Assembly (NCBI GenBank): GCA_051955835.1
Contig: JBQCGH010000024.1
Location: 4,696-68,695, forward strand
Source: Gemmatimonadales bacterium
GTDB taxonomy: Bacteria; Gemmatimonadota; Gemmatimonadetes; Gemmatimonadales; GWC2-71-9
DNA: 64,000 nt
Direction of reading: 5' to 3'
The notes under the pieces: generated by a model
The model's input: the letters and a program-made list of their open reading frames with translations, nothing else
What the model was told of the DNA's origin: nothing
Database searches by the model: none
In this document: positions 43,076-53,085 of the stretch, one piece after another
Position numbering within the stretch: the stretch's first letter is position 1
How the letters are laid out: the number at the start of each line of letters is the position of its first letter
Program-made: the position numbers and the translations under genes

Positions 43076-43903
43076 GTGGCGCGGCAGATGCTCGACGCGG
43101 CGAGCGACGAGAGTCATGGGCTGCAGGTGCGCCTCACCGAGGCCGCGGGCGCCCGGCGCAGCATCATCGAGCGGGTGGAGGCGGAGTGGCGCCGATCGTA
43201 CGAGCAGCTCGTCGAACATGCGCCGACTCTCGAGCTCGATCTCGAGACCCTCGAGGCGGAGGCGGCGCGGATCCTCGGGGCGCTCGAGGCCATTGGCCCG
43301 GTCAACCCGCTCGCCGTCGAGGAGCACGCGGAGGAGGTAAAGCGGCTCGACTTTCTCACCAGCCAGCGCGACGATCTCGTGGGCGCGCGGCAGTCGCTCA
43401 TCCAGGCGATCCGGGAGATCGACGGCACCGCGCGCGCGATGTTCGTCGAGACGTTCACCGCGGTCCAGGCCAACTTTACCCGCGTCTTTCAGACCCTCTT
43501 CGGCGGCGGCGAATGCGAGCTGCGGCTCGCCAACCCCGATGACCCGCTCGAGAGCGAGATCGACATCCACGCCGCCCCGCGCGGTAAACGGACCCAGCGC
43601 ATCCACCTGCTCTCGTCCGGTGAGCGCACGCTGGTGGCCGTGAGCCTCCTGTTCAGCATCTATCTCACCAAGCCGAGCCCGTTCTGCCTCATGGACGAGG
43701 TCGATGCGCCACTGGACGACGCGAACGTCGGACGGTTCACTCGGCTGCTCGACGAGTTCAAGTCCGGCACCCAGTTCCTCGTGATCACCCACAATCCCCG
43801 GACGATGCAGTCGGCGGACGCGGTCTATGGCGTCACGATGCAGGAGCCCGGTGTCTCCACCATCGTGGGGGTCCGGCTGGGTGAGGCCGAGCACGTGGCG
43901 TAG
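43076..43903 (+). CDS. smc: chromosome segregation protein SMC, C-terminal head fragment (same frame as 40430-43063)
   Basis: ABC signature LSSGERTLVAVSLLFS, Walker B FCLMDEVDAPLDD, ITHN. The combined span 40430-43903 is 1158 codons, a normal SMC length. Confidence 0.85.
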   Translation: MARQMLDAASDESHGLQVRLTEAAGARRSIIERVEAEWRRSYEQLVEHAPTLELDLETLEAEAARILGALEAIGPVNPLAVEEHAEEVKRLDFLTSQRDDLVGARQSLIQAIREIDGTARAMFVETFTAVQANFTRVFQTLFGGGECELRLANPDDPLESEIDIHAAPRGKRTQRIHLLSSGERTLVAVSLLFSIYLTKPSPFCLMDEVDAPLDDANVGRFTRLLDEFKSGTQFLVITHNPRTMQSADAVYGVTMQEPGVSTIVGVRLGEAEHVA

Positions 43904-44002
43904 GCGACGGATGGCCTGGTCCGGGAGTTGCGACCAACCCGCACGGGCTGACGTCGGCGCGTGTCCCGCGAGCCACGCCATCCACCGTGATCGAGGAGCC
44001 GG

Positions 44003-45043
44003 ATGCTGATCGTGATGCGCCACGGCGCGGCCGAGGACGAGATCCAGCGGGTGGTGGCCGCTATCGAGGAGATGGGCTACCAGGCTCGACCGATGCCTGG
44101 AAAGCAGCGCACCACGGTGGGCCTGGTCGGCAACGACGGTCGAGTCGACGGGTCGCGCCTGGCCGCCCTGCCCGGCGTTCAGGAAATCATCCACGTCACT
44201 AAGCCCTACAAGCAGGTGAGCCGGGAGTGGCAGCCGGAATCCACGGTCGTCCGGCTGCCGGGCGGCCTGACGGTCGGCGGCGACGACGTCGTCGTCATGG
44301 CGGGGCCGTGCTCGGTGGAGAGCGAGCGCCAGATCCTGACCGCGGCTCGCGCAGTGCGAGAGGCGGGCGCTACCGTCCTTCGTGCCGGCGCGTTCAAGCC
44401 CCGGAGCTCACCGTACGCGTTTCAGGGCCTGGGGCGGGCGGGGCTCGAGCTGCTCGCGCGGGCGCGCGAGGAGACCGGGCTCCTGATCGTCACCGAAGCC
44501 ATGGACTTGGAGGGGCTCGAACAGGTGGTCGAGGTCGCCGACATCGTGCAGATCGGCGCGCGCAACATGCAGAATTACTCGCTGCTCAAACACGCCGGGC
44601 GCTGCGGCAAGCCGGTGCTGCTCAAACGAGGCCTGTCGGCCACCATTCAGGAGCTGCTGCTCTCCGCGGAATATCTGCTCGCCGAAGGCAATCGCCAGGT
44701 CATCCTGTGCGAGCGTGGCATCCGGAGCTTCGATCAGGCCACCCGGAACCTGTTCGACCTGAGCGCCGTGCCGGTGGTCCATGGGTTGTCGCACCTGCCG
44801 ATCGTGGCCGATCCGAGCCACGGCACGGGCCATCGGGACATGGTGATCCCGATGGCGCGGGCCGCCGTCGCCGCCGGCGCCGACGGGCTCCTGGTCGAGG
44901 TGCATCCCAACCCGGACCGCGCGTTGTCGGACGGCGCGCAGAGCCTGTATCCCGAGCAGTTCGAGCGCCTCATGAAGGAGGTCCGGCTCATCGCGGAGGC
45001 GATCGGCCGGCGCGTCGCGGAGCCCGTGGGAGCGCGGGCGTGA
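44003..45043 (+). CDS. aroF: 3-deoxy-7-phosphoheptulose (DAHP) synthase, type I-beta with N-terminal regulatory domain
   Basis: 346 aa. N-terminal ferredoxin/ACT-like ~65 aa, then [37 protein letters not shown]. Confidence 0.9.
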   Translation: MLIVMRHGAAEDEIQRVVAAIEEMGYQARPMPGKQRTTVGLVGNDGRVDGSRLAALPGVQEIIHVTKPYKQVSREWQPESTVVRLPGGLTVGGDDVVVMAGPCSVESERQILTAARAVREAGATVLRAGAFKPRSSPYAFQGLGRAGLELLARAREETGLLIVTEAMDLEGLEQVVEVADIVQIGARNMQNYSLLKHAGRCGKPVLLKRGLSATIQELLLSAEYLLAEGNRQVILCERGIRSFDQATRNLFDLSAVPVVHGLSHLPIVADPSHGTGHRDMVIPMARAAVAAGADGLLVEVHPNPDRALSDGAQSLYPEQFERLMKEVRLIAEAIGRRVAEPVGARA

Positions 45044-45690
45044 CGCGAGCGCTGGTCCTGCTGCTCGCCCTGGCGCTGGCGCCGGGGGCGCTTCCCGCGC
45101 AGGACGCGGCCGCCATCGTCGGCCGCTCGTCCCGCGTCTACCGGTCGCTGTCCAGCCTGAAGGCGGATTTCGTGCAGGTGATCGACAATCCGATGATCGA
45201 CAGCGCCGAGAGCCGCGGTACGCTGGTGCAGGCAGGCGAGGACCGGCTGGCCATGCGGTTCAGCGATCCGCCGGGCGAGGCGATCGTGATCGACGGGCAG
45301 CACGTGTGGGTGTACACGCCCAGCACCACGCCGGGACAGGTGATCCGCATGGGGGTGCCGAGTGGCGGGCCGGTGTACGGCTACAACATGCTCGCCTGGC
45401 TGCTCGATCGTCCGGCCGAGCGGTACACGGCCTCGTTTCTCAGGACCGACCGGGTTGATGGCCGTGCGGTGGACGTGATCCAGCTCGTACCTGCCGTGCC
45501 CGACCTGCCCTTTGACCGGGCCGTGCTGTGGCTGGATCGCAGGGACGCGTTGCCACGCCGGCTCGACATCACCGAGCACGGAGGGGCGATGCGAACGCTG
45601 ACGTTGTCGACGGTCCGGACCAATCAAACGGTGCCGAAGGACACCTTTACGTTCAAGGTGCCCTCGGACGTCCGCATCGTGGATCAGTGA
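45040..45690 (+). CDS. LolA-like outer-membrane lipoprotein carrier protein
   Basis: 216 aa from the GTG at 45040 (GTGA overlap). Signal peptide and LolA-like blocks [32 protein letters not shown]. Confidence 0.75.
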   Translation: MTRALVLLLALALAPGALPAQDAAAIVGRSSRVYRSLSSLKADFVQVIDNPMIDSAESRGTLVQAGEDRLAMRFSDPPGEAIVIDGQHVWVYTPSTTPGQVIRMGVPSGGPVYGYNMLAWLLDRPAERYTASFLRTDRVDGRAVDVIQLVPAVPDLPFDRAVLWLDRRDALPRRLDITEHGGAMRTLTLSTVRTNQTVPKDTFTFKVPSDVRIVDQ

Positions 45691-47267
45691 GCGGACGAAG
45701 CGTGCGTGTTGGCGGTGGCCAGGCCGAGCAGCGCGCTGGGCGTCTGCGCCTCATGTAGCAGGTTCACCGCGTCCCCGATCTGCTGGTCGTCGCTCACGCG
45801 CCGACGCCGCTCCGCCGCGGGGCCAAAGATGTATCGCGCGAGCTCGTACCCCAGCTGCTGCCGCACGATCGGTTCCCCGCCGCGATAGGTGCTGTCCGCC
45901 AACCGCACGCCCCGCTCTTCGAGCTGCCGGCGAACGGCATCCGTCATTCCCTGATCCACCGCAAAGCCCTCGCTGCGAACCGTCCCCTGCCGACGGATCT
46001 CGAGCGCCGTGGCAGTGACCGCATCGCGAAAGGCGTCGAGCCGGCCGTCCAGCGCCCGTCCGAAGGACTGCTCTGGCGTGGTCAGGGTATCGGGGTCGAG
46101 CCGCACGTCGGGCACGATCCCGCCGCCGCCGGCGAGCGGTCGGCCGGCGTCCGACCGATAGCTCGCCGGCGTGGTCACGACGTGGCGCGCGCCCATGGCG
46201 GAGTCCAGCAGGGCTCCCTGGATGGAGCGGCCGCTTGGCGTGAACCAGCGAGCGGTGGTGATCCGGAGGGCTACGTCGGTCCCCAGCGGGAACAAGGTCT
46301 GGACGATACCCTTGCCGTACGTCGTGTCGCCGACGACGAGGGCACGATCATGGTCCTGGAGCGCGCCGGCGATGATCTCCGCCGCGCTGGCCGTGCCGCG
46401 ATTCACCAGGACCACGATCGGCACGTTGCGCCAGCGCTGCACGGTCCCGTCGGTCCAGCGGTGGTTGTCGCCGGGGGCACGCCCACGGCTCACGAGGATA
46501 TCCTGGTGCGGGTCGAGGAACAGGCTGGCGGCGTCCACCGCCTCGTCACGGAGCCCGCCCGGATCGCTCCTCAGGTCGAGCACCAGGGACTTCATGCCCT
46601 GCCCCACCAGTTTCGCCACCTCCTGCTCGAGCTCGACCGCGCAGTTCTCCCGAACCATGGACAACGAGAGATAGCCGACGCCGTCCGGCAGCAGGATTCC
46701 CTCCGACACGGCGCGCTGGTGGATCCGCTCCCGCGTGAGCCGGAAGTGGAACGGCGTGTTGACGCCCTCCCGCCGCACGGCGATTTCGAGCGGCGTGCCG
46801 ACCGGCCCGCGGAGCGCCTGGACCGCGCGCTCCATGGTCCACCCGGCCGCGGAGACGCCGTCAACCTCGGAAAGGAGATCCCCGGGGCGGATGCCGGCGC
46901 GCTCGCCGGGCGAATCCGGCATCGGCGTGACCACCGTGATCCATCCGTTCCGCGCGTCCACCTGTACGCCGATCCCGCCGTAGTCGCCGGTGGTTCGCTC
47001 CTGCTGCCGCTCCAAATCCTTCCCGGTGAGCAGCGCCGCGTACGGATCGTGGAGCTGCTCCAGCATGCCGTCGGTCGCGCGCCGATAGAGCTCGTCTTCG
47101 GGCAGCGAGTCCACGTGGTAGTCGCGTACGTGCTCGAGCACCACTTCGAAGAGGCGGGCCTGCTGATAGACGTCGCGGCCGACGCCCAGGCGCCGCTGCA
47201 TGAACCAGCCCCCGGTGAAGCAGGCGACGAAGCCGACCAACACGAGCACCGTCCATCGATGGGACAT
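45684..47267 (-). CDS. S41 family C-terminal processing peptidase with PDZ domain
   Basis: 527 aa. N-terminal TM anchor, PDZ (GIRPGDLLSEVDG), and catalytic blocks VVLVNRGTASAAEIIAGALQD and GDTTYGKG. Confidence 0.9.
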   Translation of the reverse strand: MSHRWTVLVLVGFVACFTGGWFMQRRLGVGRDVYQQARLFEVVLEHVRDYHVDSLPEDELYRRATDGMLEQLHDPYAALLTGKDLERQQERTTGDYGGIGVQVDARNGWITVVTPMPDSPGERAGIRPGDLLSEVDGVSAAGWTMERAVQALRGPVGTPLEIAVRREGVNTPFHFRLTRERIHQRAVSEGILLPDGVGYLSLSMVRENCAVELEQEVAKLVGQGMKSLVLDLRSDPGGLRDEAVDAASLFLDPHQDILVSRGRAPGDNHRWTDGTVQRWRNVPIVVLVNRGTASAAEIIAGALQDHDRALVVGDTTYGKGIVQTLFPLGTDVALRITTARWFTPSGRSIQGALLDSAMGARHVVTTPASYRSDAGRPLAGGGGIVPDVRLDPDTLTTPEQSFGRALDGRLDAFRDAVTATALEIRRQGTVRSEGFAVDQGMTDAVRRQLEERGVRLADSTYRGGEPIVRQQLGYELARYIFGPAAERRRRVSDDQQIGDAVNLLHEAQTPSALLGLATANTHASSAH

Positions 47268-47352
47268 CGGAGCCTCGTACAGGGTGCGGAAGGCGGAAGA
47301 GGAGCGCGGCGGTCCGTCAGCTCACTAGGCCGTCGCGGGCCAAAAAGTTTCG

Positions 47353-48159
47353 TCAGTCGGGGTCCGAGAGCGACCGCTCCACCGCGGCGGCCGACGGCTC
47401 GGGGAGGCCATTCTCGCGCGCCAGCCGGAGTGCGATCAGACCAAGCGCGCGATACACCGTTCGCTGCTCGGGGTCGAGCGCGGCCAGGTGGCGGCGGATG
47501 GTGGTCACGTCGCCTCGCCGAATCGGACCGGTCAGCGCCGCAGCCGGACCCATCGCCAGATTCGCGACCGTCCCCTGCATCAACGGCAGGTAGAGGCGGC
47601 CGGCGTCGGGGGGCGGCACCCCGGCCTTGCGGGCCAGTCCCTCCGCGAGCGCGGCCAGGCTGACGAGATAGTTCGATGCGATGACGGCTCCCGCATGATA
47701 CGCGGGCTTCGTGCCAGGCGCGAGTCGGATGGCCTGCATGCCGAGCACGACCGCCAGGTCCTCCCCCGCCGCCAGGGCCCGCTCGTCACCTTCCAGGGCC
47801 GCATACGAGCCGCGCAGGCGCGCGGCGGCCGTTCCAGGATCGGCAACGCTCTGGAGCGGGTGAAATGATCCGAGCCCCGCGCCACTGGGTGCAAGAGCGT
47901 GTAGCTCAGCGCGATCCAGCAATCCGGACAAGTGAAGAACGACTTGGGCGTCGACGATCGCGTCAGCGCGTGCAAGGTCCGCAGCTACCTCGCCGATCCT
48001 GTCGTCCGGCGTGGCGATCAGGACCAGATCGGCGTCGAGCGTATCACCGGCGTGGCGCTCACGCCCCAGGAGCCGCACGGGCACGCCCGCGGCCTCGAGC
48101 GCCGAGGCCAGCCCCGAGCCCATCCGTCCCCGGCCGATGATCGCGACTCGGGCGGGCAT
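47353..48159 (-). CDS. Rossmann-fold NAD(P)-binding, DUF2520-domain protein
   Basis: 268 aa from the ATG at 48157-48159. Motifs VAIIGRGRMGSGLA and C-terminal GPIRRGD. Confidence 0.75.
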   Translation of the reverse strand: MPARVAIIGRGRMGSGLASALEAAGVPVRLLGRERHAGDTLDADLVLIATPDDRIGEVAADLARADAIVDAQVVLHLSGLLDRAELHALAPSGAGLGSFHPLQSVADPGTAAARLRGSYAALEGDERALAAGEDLAVVLGMQAIRLAPGTKPAYHAGAVIASNYLVSLAALAEGLARKAGVPPPDAGRLYLPLMQGTVANLAMGPAAALTGPIRRGDVTTIRRHLAALDPEQRTVYRALGLIALRLARENGLPEPSAAAVERSLSDPD

Positions 48160-48193
48160 CGTCAGGCGTGTTCGGGCACGACGTCGTATACGC

Positions 48194-48231
48194 GACGAGG
48201 GGGGCATGCCGAACGGCCTGCCCCCCTCGTC
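48194..48231 (-). terminator. hairpin terminator downstream of the second S41 peptidase gene
   Basis: 13-bp stem GACGAGGGGGGCA / TGCCCCCCTCGTC with a 12-nt loop that can pair further (GCC...GGC), 34 nt downstream of the stop at 48265. Confidence 0.55.
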
Positions 48232-48264
48232 CTTACGGATCCGACCTGGTTCACGCGGCGGCCT

Positions 48265-49911
48265 TCAGTTCTGCACCGGTCCCACCGCACGGCTGGAGGT
48301 CGCCAGGCTCATCAGCTCGCGCGGGGTCCCGGCCTTTCGGAGCAGGGAGATCGCGGTCTGCATCTGGCTGTCATCCTTGGACCGCCGCCGGAACTCCGCG
48401 GACTTGCCGAACACGTAGCGCGCGATCTCGTAACCGATCTGTGAGTCGATCAAGCTGCTGGCGCTGTCGTAGACCTGCGGCGTAAGGTCGACGCCTTTGG
48501 CCCGGAGCCGCTGATACACCTGTTGCCGCATATCGGGCGTGACCGTGAAGGCCTCCGACTTGACGGCGCCGTTCTTCTTCTGCTCGAGCGCGAACGTGGT
48601 CAGGGCGTCCCGAAACTCCGGCAGATGGCTGCCCAGCGCCTTGGCGAACGACCGCGCGCCCGCGGACAGCGTGTCAGGTCGGACGACGAGGTCGGGCACG
48701 ATCCCGCCGCCGCCCCGGACGACCCGACCCGCGTCGGTGTGGTAGACCGGGCGGCTCTGGATCGCGGAGTCGGAATGTTCCTTGTCGGGCAGTCCCGGAA
48801 TGGTATCGCCCGCCTCGCTCGCCGCCTGTAGCGCCTGATCTTCCTCGTTCTTCGCGGTGCGCTGGATGGTGCGCCCGCTCGGGGTGTACCAGCGCGCCGT
48901 CGTAAGCTTCAGCGCGACCCCATCGCCCAACGGGAACAGCGTCTGCACCAGGCCCTTGCCGAACGTGGGGGTGCCGACCACCACCGCGCGATCGTGGTCC
49001 TGCAGCGCGCCGGCGATAATCTCCGCAGCGCTGGCCGTGCCATCGTTCACCAGAACGACGATGGGGAGCTCCGGCCACGCCTGCTTGGCCTCGTCGTAGA
49101 ACTCCTTCGTCGAGCCCCGGGCGCGCCCACGCGTCGCGACGATCTCCTGCTTCTGGTCCAGGAAGAGATCGGCGACCTGGATGCCCTGATCCAGCAGGCC
49201 GCCGGGGTTGTACCGCAGGTCGAGGATGAGCGACTTCATCCCCTTCCCCTTCATGCTGGTGATCTCGGACTTGAGCTCGTCCGCCGACGTTTCCGCGACA
49301 GGGTTGAGCGAGATGTAGCCCACGCCCGCGTCGAACATCGTGCCCGGCGGCACCGAACGGATGTGGATCTGCGCGCGGGTGAGATTGAACTTGATCGGAT
49401 CGGCCACGCCCGAGCGGCGCACCGTGATCGCGACCTTGCTGCCGGGATCGCCGCGCAACGCCTTCACCGCCTGATCGTTCTTCCAGCCTTCGGTGGACTT
49501 TCCGTCCACCTCGATGATCTGATCGCCGGTCGTGACGCCGGCCCGCTCGGCCGGTGTGTCGGGCAACGGGGCGACCACGGTGATCCAGCCGTCGCGAACG
49601 TCGATCTGAATGCCCAGCCCGGCGTAGTTCCCCGAGGTCTGCTCGGTCAGGGCCTTGTAGTCATCGCCGGTGAGGAGGACGGAATAGGGGTCCTTGAGCT
49701 CTTCCAGCATGCCGCGCGTGGCCTTGTCGTAGAGATCGGTCTCGCCCATCGAGTCCACGTAGTACGCGCTCACGTGACCGAGCACGTCATCGAACAGGCG
49801 CGCCTGCTGGTACACGTTGCCGCCACTCGCCACGCCGCGCTGAAGCAGCCAGCCGCCGCTCAGGAACGAGATCACCGCCACCACCACGATGAGACCCCAA
49901 CGCTGCTTCAT
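48265..49911 (-). CDS. S41 family C-terminal processing peptidase with PDZ domain (paralog)
   Basis: 548 aa from the ATG at 49909-49911, with a GGAGG SD. TM anchor, PDZ (GVTTGDQIIEVDG), VVLVNDGTASAAEIIAGALQD, GTPTFGKG. Confidence 0.9.
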   Translation of the reverse strand: MKQRWGLIVVVAVISFLSGGWLLQRGVASGGNVYQQARLFDDVLGHVSAYYVDSMGETDLYDKATRGMLEELKDPYSVLLTGDDYKALTEQTSGNYAGLGIQIDVRDGWITVVAPLPDTPAERAGVTTGDQIIEVDGKSTEGWKNDQAVKALRGDPGSKVAITVRRSGVADPIKFNLTRAQIHIRSVPPGTMFDAGVGYISLNPVAETSADELKSEITSMKGKGMKSLILDLRYNPGGLLDQGIQVADLFLDQKQEIVATRGRARGSTKEFYDEAKQAWPELPIVVLVNDGTASAAEIIAGALQDHDRAVVVGTPTFGKGLVQTLFPLGDGVALKLTTARWYTPSGRTIQRTAKNEEDQALQAASEAGDTIPGLPDKEHSDSAIQSRPVYHTDAGRVVRGGGGIVPDLVVRPDTLSAGARSFAKALGSHLPEFRDALTTFALEQKKNGAVKSEAFTVTPDMRQQVYQRLRAKGVDLTPQVYDSASSLIDSQIGYEIARYVFGKSAEFRRRSKDDSQMQTAISLLRKAGTPRELMSLATSSRAVGPVQN

Positions 49912-49963
49912 ATCCTGCCTCCGGCCAAGCCGTCCGGTCGTTCGCGAGGAAACCTCCAGAAAC

Positions 49964-50605
49964 CTAACTCCGTGCGGCGGCGAAACGTCGCTCGTCGAGC
50001 GCCACGACGGCCTCCCAGGCCTCCTGCAAGAGGCGGTCCGGCGGCTGCGTCCCGTCGAGATGGCGGATCCCCGCACCTCGGACCGCGCGGTAGAACTCAA
50101 GGACCCGGCGATGGAACTCCAGGCTCTCGGCATCGAGCCGGTCCAGTGGCTTCCCCGCCGCAACCTGTCGCGCGCGCCCCACTTCCGGGGCGACGTCCAG
50201 AATCAGCGTCAGGTCCGGCCGAAGGCCCCCTGCCGCGGCCCGATTGGCCGACCCCACGGTCTCGGCGGGCAGTCCCCGGCCCGCCATCTGGTACGCCTCG
50301 GTGGAGAGGGAAAACCGGTCGGACAGTACCACCCGACCGTCCCGGAGCGCCGGGCCGATCACCGTAGCCACGAGCTCGGCCCGGGCGGCGAGGTAGAGAA
50401 AGAGCTCGGCGACCGGACTCACCGGGTGCTCGGCGTCGAGCACGGCCTGCCGAGCGATCTCGCCGGCCCGAGTGCCTCCGGGCTCACGCACCAGGACGGG
50501 ATCGACGCCGGCCGAGCGCATGCGCTCGGCCAACGGTGTCGCGAGCGTCGATTTCCCCGAGCCCTCCGGCCCCACGAGCACGATGAAGAGCCCGCGCGGG
50601 CTCAT
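49964..50605 (-). CDS. tmk: thymidylate kinase
   Basis: 213 aa from the ATG at 50603-50605. Motifs GPEGSGKST, REPGGT, DRF. Confidence 0.9.
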   Translation of the reverse strand: MSPRGLFIVLVGPEGSGKSTLATPLAERMRSAGVDPVLVREPGGTRAGEIARQAVLDAEHPVSPVAELFLYLAARAELVATVIGPALRDGRVVLSDRFSLSTEAYQMAGRGLPAETVGSANRAAAGGLRPDLTLILDVAPEVGRARQVAAGKPLDRLDAESLEFHRRVLEFYRAVRGAGIRHLDGTQPPDRLLQEAWEAVVALDERRFAAARS

Positions 50606-50955
50606 CCCAGCGTGATGATGCTGCTGGTCGCGCCTTTCTCCATCCCCTCGCTGATCTGCTGATTCACCTTGGCCATCAGCTTCTCGAAATTCGAGCGGGC
50701 GACCACGTAGGCCTGTCCGACCGGGCTCATCTCGAGATCGCGCACGGCGTTCTCGTAGGACTCGGCGGTGGTCTGGTCGGGCATCTGGCCCGAGGAAACC
50801 ATCTGGTCCACCTGGCGCGCGAGCGTCTGGATCTGGTCCAGCTTGGCCACGGTGTCCTTGTCCTCCCGCAGCGACGCCTCGGCGCGCCGCAGCGCCTGGT
50901 ACTCCGTCGACTGGCCGATGAGCCGTCCGAGGTCCTGCGCCTTGTCCCAGATCAC
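50602..50955 (-). CDS. YlbF/YmcA-like helical protein (UPF0342-type)
   Basis: 117 aa, GTG start (GTGA overlap with prmC) and ATGA overlap with tmk. Helical pattern LGRLIGQSTEYQALRRAEASLREDKD...L resembles the YlbF family. Confidence 0.6.
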   Translation of the reverse strand: MIWDKAQDLGRLIGQSTEYQALRRAEASLREDKDTVAKLDQIQTLARQVDQMVSSGQMPDQTTAESYENAVRDLEMSPVGQAYVVARSNFEKLMAKVNQQISEGMEKGATSSIITLG

Positions 50956-51815
50956 CCGACATCACTCCTTCGCGCGAGCAGATATCGCTCGCGCCCGAAA
51001 AGGTCCCTGTGAATCGCCACCTCGGTCCATCCGTGCAACGCGGCGTCCCGTGCCGCACGGTTTGCCCGTGTCGCGTCGATCTCGAGCGCGAGCCACCCGC
51101 CTGGACGGACGACTCGACGCCCGTCCGCAACCAGGCGGCGCAGCATGGCGAGCCCGTCCGCACCGCCGTCGAGCGCCTGGGCGGGCTCCCATGACTTCAC
51201 CGACGGCTCGAGCGAGCCGTATTCCTCGCTCGTAAGATAGGGGGGATTCGAGACCAGCGCGTCGAGCGTCCCGTCGCCCAGAGGCGCGCAGAGGTCCCCG
51301 CGCACGAGCTCGAGTCGACCGGCCACGATTCGTCGGTTCTCTCGCGCGAGCGAGATCGCCTCGGGTGACACGTCCACGCCGACCACGGCCTCGTACCGGC
51401 CCTCGGTCGCGAGGCTCAGCGCGATACACCCGCCTCCCGTCCCCACGTCGGCCACGCGCCCCCGAGGCGCTCGCTGCAGCACCAGCTCGACCAAACCCTC
51501 AGTCTCGGGCCGTGGGATGAGCGCGCGGCGGTCGCTCCGGAGCGTCAGGTGTCGAAAGCCGGTCCAGCCGGTCACATACGCGAGAGGCTCACCGGCCGCG
51601 CGCCGCTCCACCGCAGCGAGATACGCGGCGGCGTGCTTGGCGGTGAGCCGGGTACCGGAATCGAGCAACCCGGGCGAGGGCGGCCCATCCGGAGGCTCGA
51701 GATCTCGCCAAACCCGGAGCGCCTCGCGGCGGGCTTCGTCGATCCCGCCGGCCTCGAGCAGTGAGCTCGCACGCGTCAGCAGCGATGCTCGCGTCACGGC
51801 CTGCTCAGCCACCAT
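50952..51815 (-). CDS. prmC: peptide chain release factor N5-glutamine methyltransferase
   Basis: 287 aa. Motifs VADVGTGGGCIAL and NPPY, located directly downstream of prfA. Confidence 0.9.
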   Translation of the reverse strand: MVAEQAVTRASLLTRASSLLEAGGIDEARREALRVWRDLEPPDGPPSPGLLDSGTRLTAKHAAAYLAAVERRAAGEPLAYVTGWTGFRHLTLRSDRRALIPRPETEGLVELVLQRAPRGRVADVGTGGGCIALSLATEGRYEAVVGVDVSPEAISLARENRRIVAGRLELVRGDLCAPLGDGTLDALVSNPPYLTSEEYGSLEPSVKSWEPAQALDGGADGLAMLRRLVADGRRVVRPGGWLALEIDATRANRAARDAALHGWTEVAIHRDLFGRERYLLARRSDVG

Positions 51816-52863
51816 CTTGTTCCTGACGGCTGGCCATGCGCAGCGCCTCGACCAGTTCGTCGATGTCGCCGTCGATCACGTCGGACAAGTTGTGCACCGA
51901 GAGGTTGATCCGGTGATCGGTCACGCGGCTCTGGGGGAAGTTGTAGGTCCGGATCTTCGCCGACCGGTCTCCGGTGCCCACCATCGCCCGGCGGTCGCGG
52001 GCGCGCGCGGCCTCCTGCTCGGCGATCATCCGGTCGAGCAGACGGGCACGAAGCACTTCCATCGCCTTGAGCTTGTTCTGAAGCTGTGACTTCTGGTCCT
52101 GCTGGCTTACCACGACGCCGGACGGCAGGTGGGTGATGCGCACCGCGCTGTCCGTGGTGTTCACACTCTGCCCGCCGGGTCCCGAGGAGCGGAAGACATC
52201 GATCTTGAGGTCCTTCTCCTCGATCTTGATATCGACGTCCTCCGCTTCCGGCAGCACGGCGACGGTCGCGGCCGAGGTGTGAATGCGCCCCTGCGTTTCG
52301 GTGGCCGGCACGCGCTGCACCCGGTGCACCCCGGACTCTCGTCGGAGGAGACCGAAGGCCTCCGGGCCGCGCACCGCAACGATGGCTTCCTTGAGGCCGC
52401 CGAGCGTGCCGTCGCTCAAGGCGATCGGCTCCCAACGAAGTCCATGGCGTTCCGAGAAGCGCTGGTACATCCGATACAGGTCCGCCGCAAAGAGCGCCGC
52501 TTCATCGCCACCGGTCCCGGCGCGGATCTCGATGATCGCGTCGCGGTCGTCGTGCGGATCGCGGGGAACGAGCAGCTCCTGGAGCTCGGCCGTGGTGGCG
52601 TCGATCTCGGGCGGCAGCCGACTCATGTCCGCTCTGGCCAACGCGACAAGCTCGGGATCCGCCTCGCCGGCGAGCTCCCGAGCCTGTTCCAATTCGCTAG
52701 ACAACCGTTTGAGGCGATCGGCCAAGCGAACGATGGGGGCCAGGTGCGCGTGCTCCCGGCCAAGCGCCTGCAGTTGTCCCGGATTCCGCGCGACGGTCGG
52801 GTCGGCGAGGAGCCGCTCGACTTCCTCCGCCCGCTGCAGCGCCTGGCGGAGTCGTCCTTCCAT
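51805..52863 (-). CDS. prfA: peptide chain release factor 1
   Basis: 352 aa. Motifs RAGTGGDEAALFA, the RF1 PxT tripeptide (PAT in RVPATETQGRIHTS) and the GGQ motif (SSGPGGQSVNTTDSAVRITH). Confidence 0.95.
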   Translation of the reverse strand: MEGRLRQALQRAEEVERLLADPTVARNPGQLQALGREHAHLAPIVRLADRLKRLSSELEQARELAGEADPELVALARADMSRLPPEIDATTAELQELLVPRDPHDDRDAIIEIRAGTGGDEAALFAADLYRMYQRFSERHGLRWEPIALSDGTLGGLKEAIVAVRGPEAFGLLRRESGVHRVQRVPATETQGRIHTSAATVAVLPEAEDVDIKIEEKDLKIDVFRSSGPGGQSVNTTDSAVRITHLPSGVVVSQQDQKSQLQNKLKAMEVLRARLLDRMIAEQEAARARDRRAMVGTGDRSAKIRTYNFPQSRVTDHRINLSVHNLSDVIDGDIDELVEALRMASRQEQDGG

Positions 52864-52866
52864 GTC

Positions 52867-53085
52867 TTACGCCTTGGCGGCGGCGGACTCGGTCTGGTAC
52901 TTCCGGCGGAAACGGTCCACCCGTCCGGCGGTGTCGACCAGGCGCTGCTTGCCGGTAAAATACGGGTGACACTGCGCGCAGACTTCCACGTGAATGGAAG
53001 CCGCCGTCGAGCGGGTTTCGAACGAGTTGCCGCACGCGCAGACGGCGGTGACCTTCTTGTAGGTCGGGTGGAGATCGGGCTTCAC
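52867..53085 (-). CDS. rpmE: 50S ribosomal protein L31 (Zn-binding type A)
   Basis: 72 aa from the GTG at 53083-53085, with a GAGGAA SD. Motifs [27 protein letters not shown]. Confidence 0.95.
   Translation of the reverse strand: MKPDLHPTYKKVTAVCACGNSFETRSTAASIHVEVCAQCHPYFTGKQRLVDTAGRVDRFRRKYQTESAAAKA

Noticed and set aside
41660-44194. Two long minus-strand ORFs (41660-42865 and 42902-44194), plus several R-rich ORFs in other frames across smc.
   Set aside because: They are antisense or off-frame to smc, which has Walker A/B, signature and hinge motifs. The products are R/G/P-rich.
46182-47663. 493-aa plus-strand ORF; likewise 48994-50367 plus.
   Set aside because: They are antisense to the two S41 peptidase genes, which have clear PDZ and catalytic blocks.
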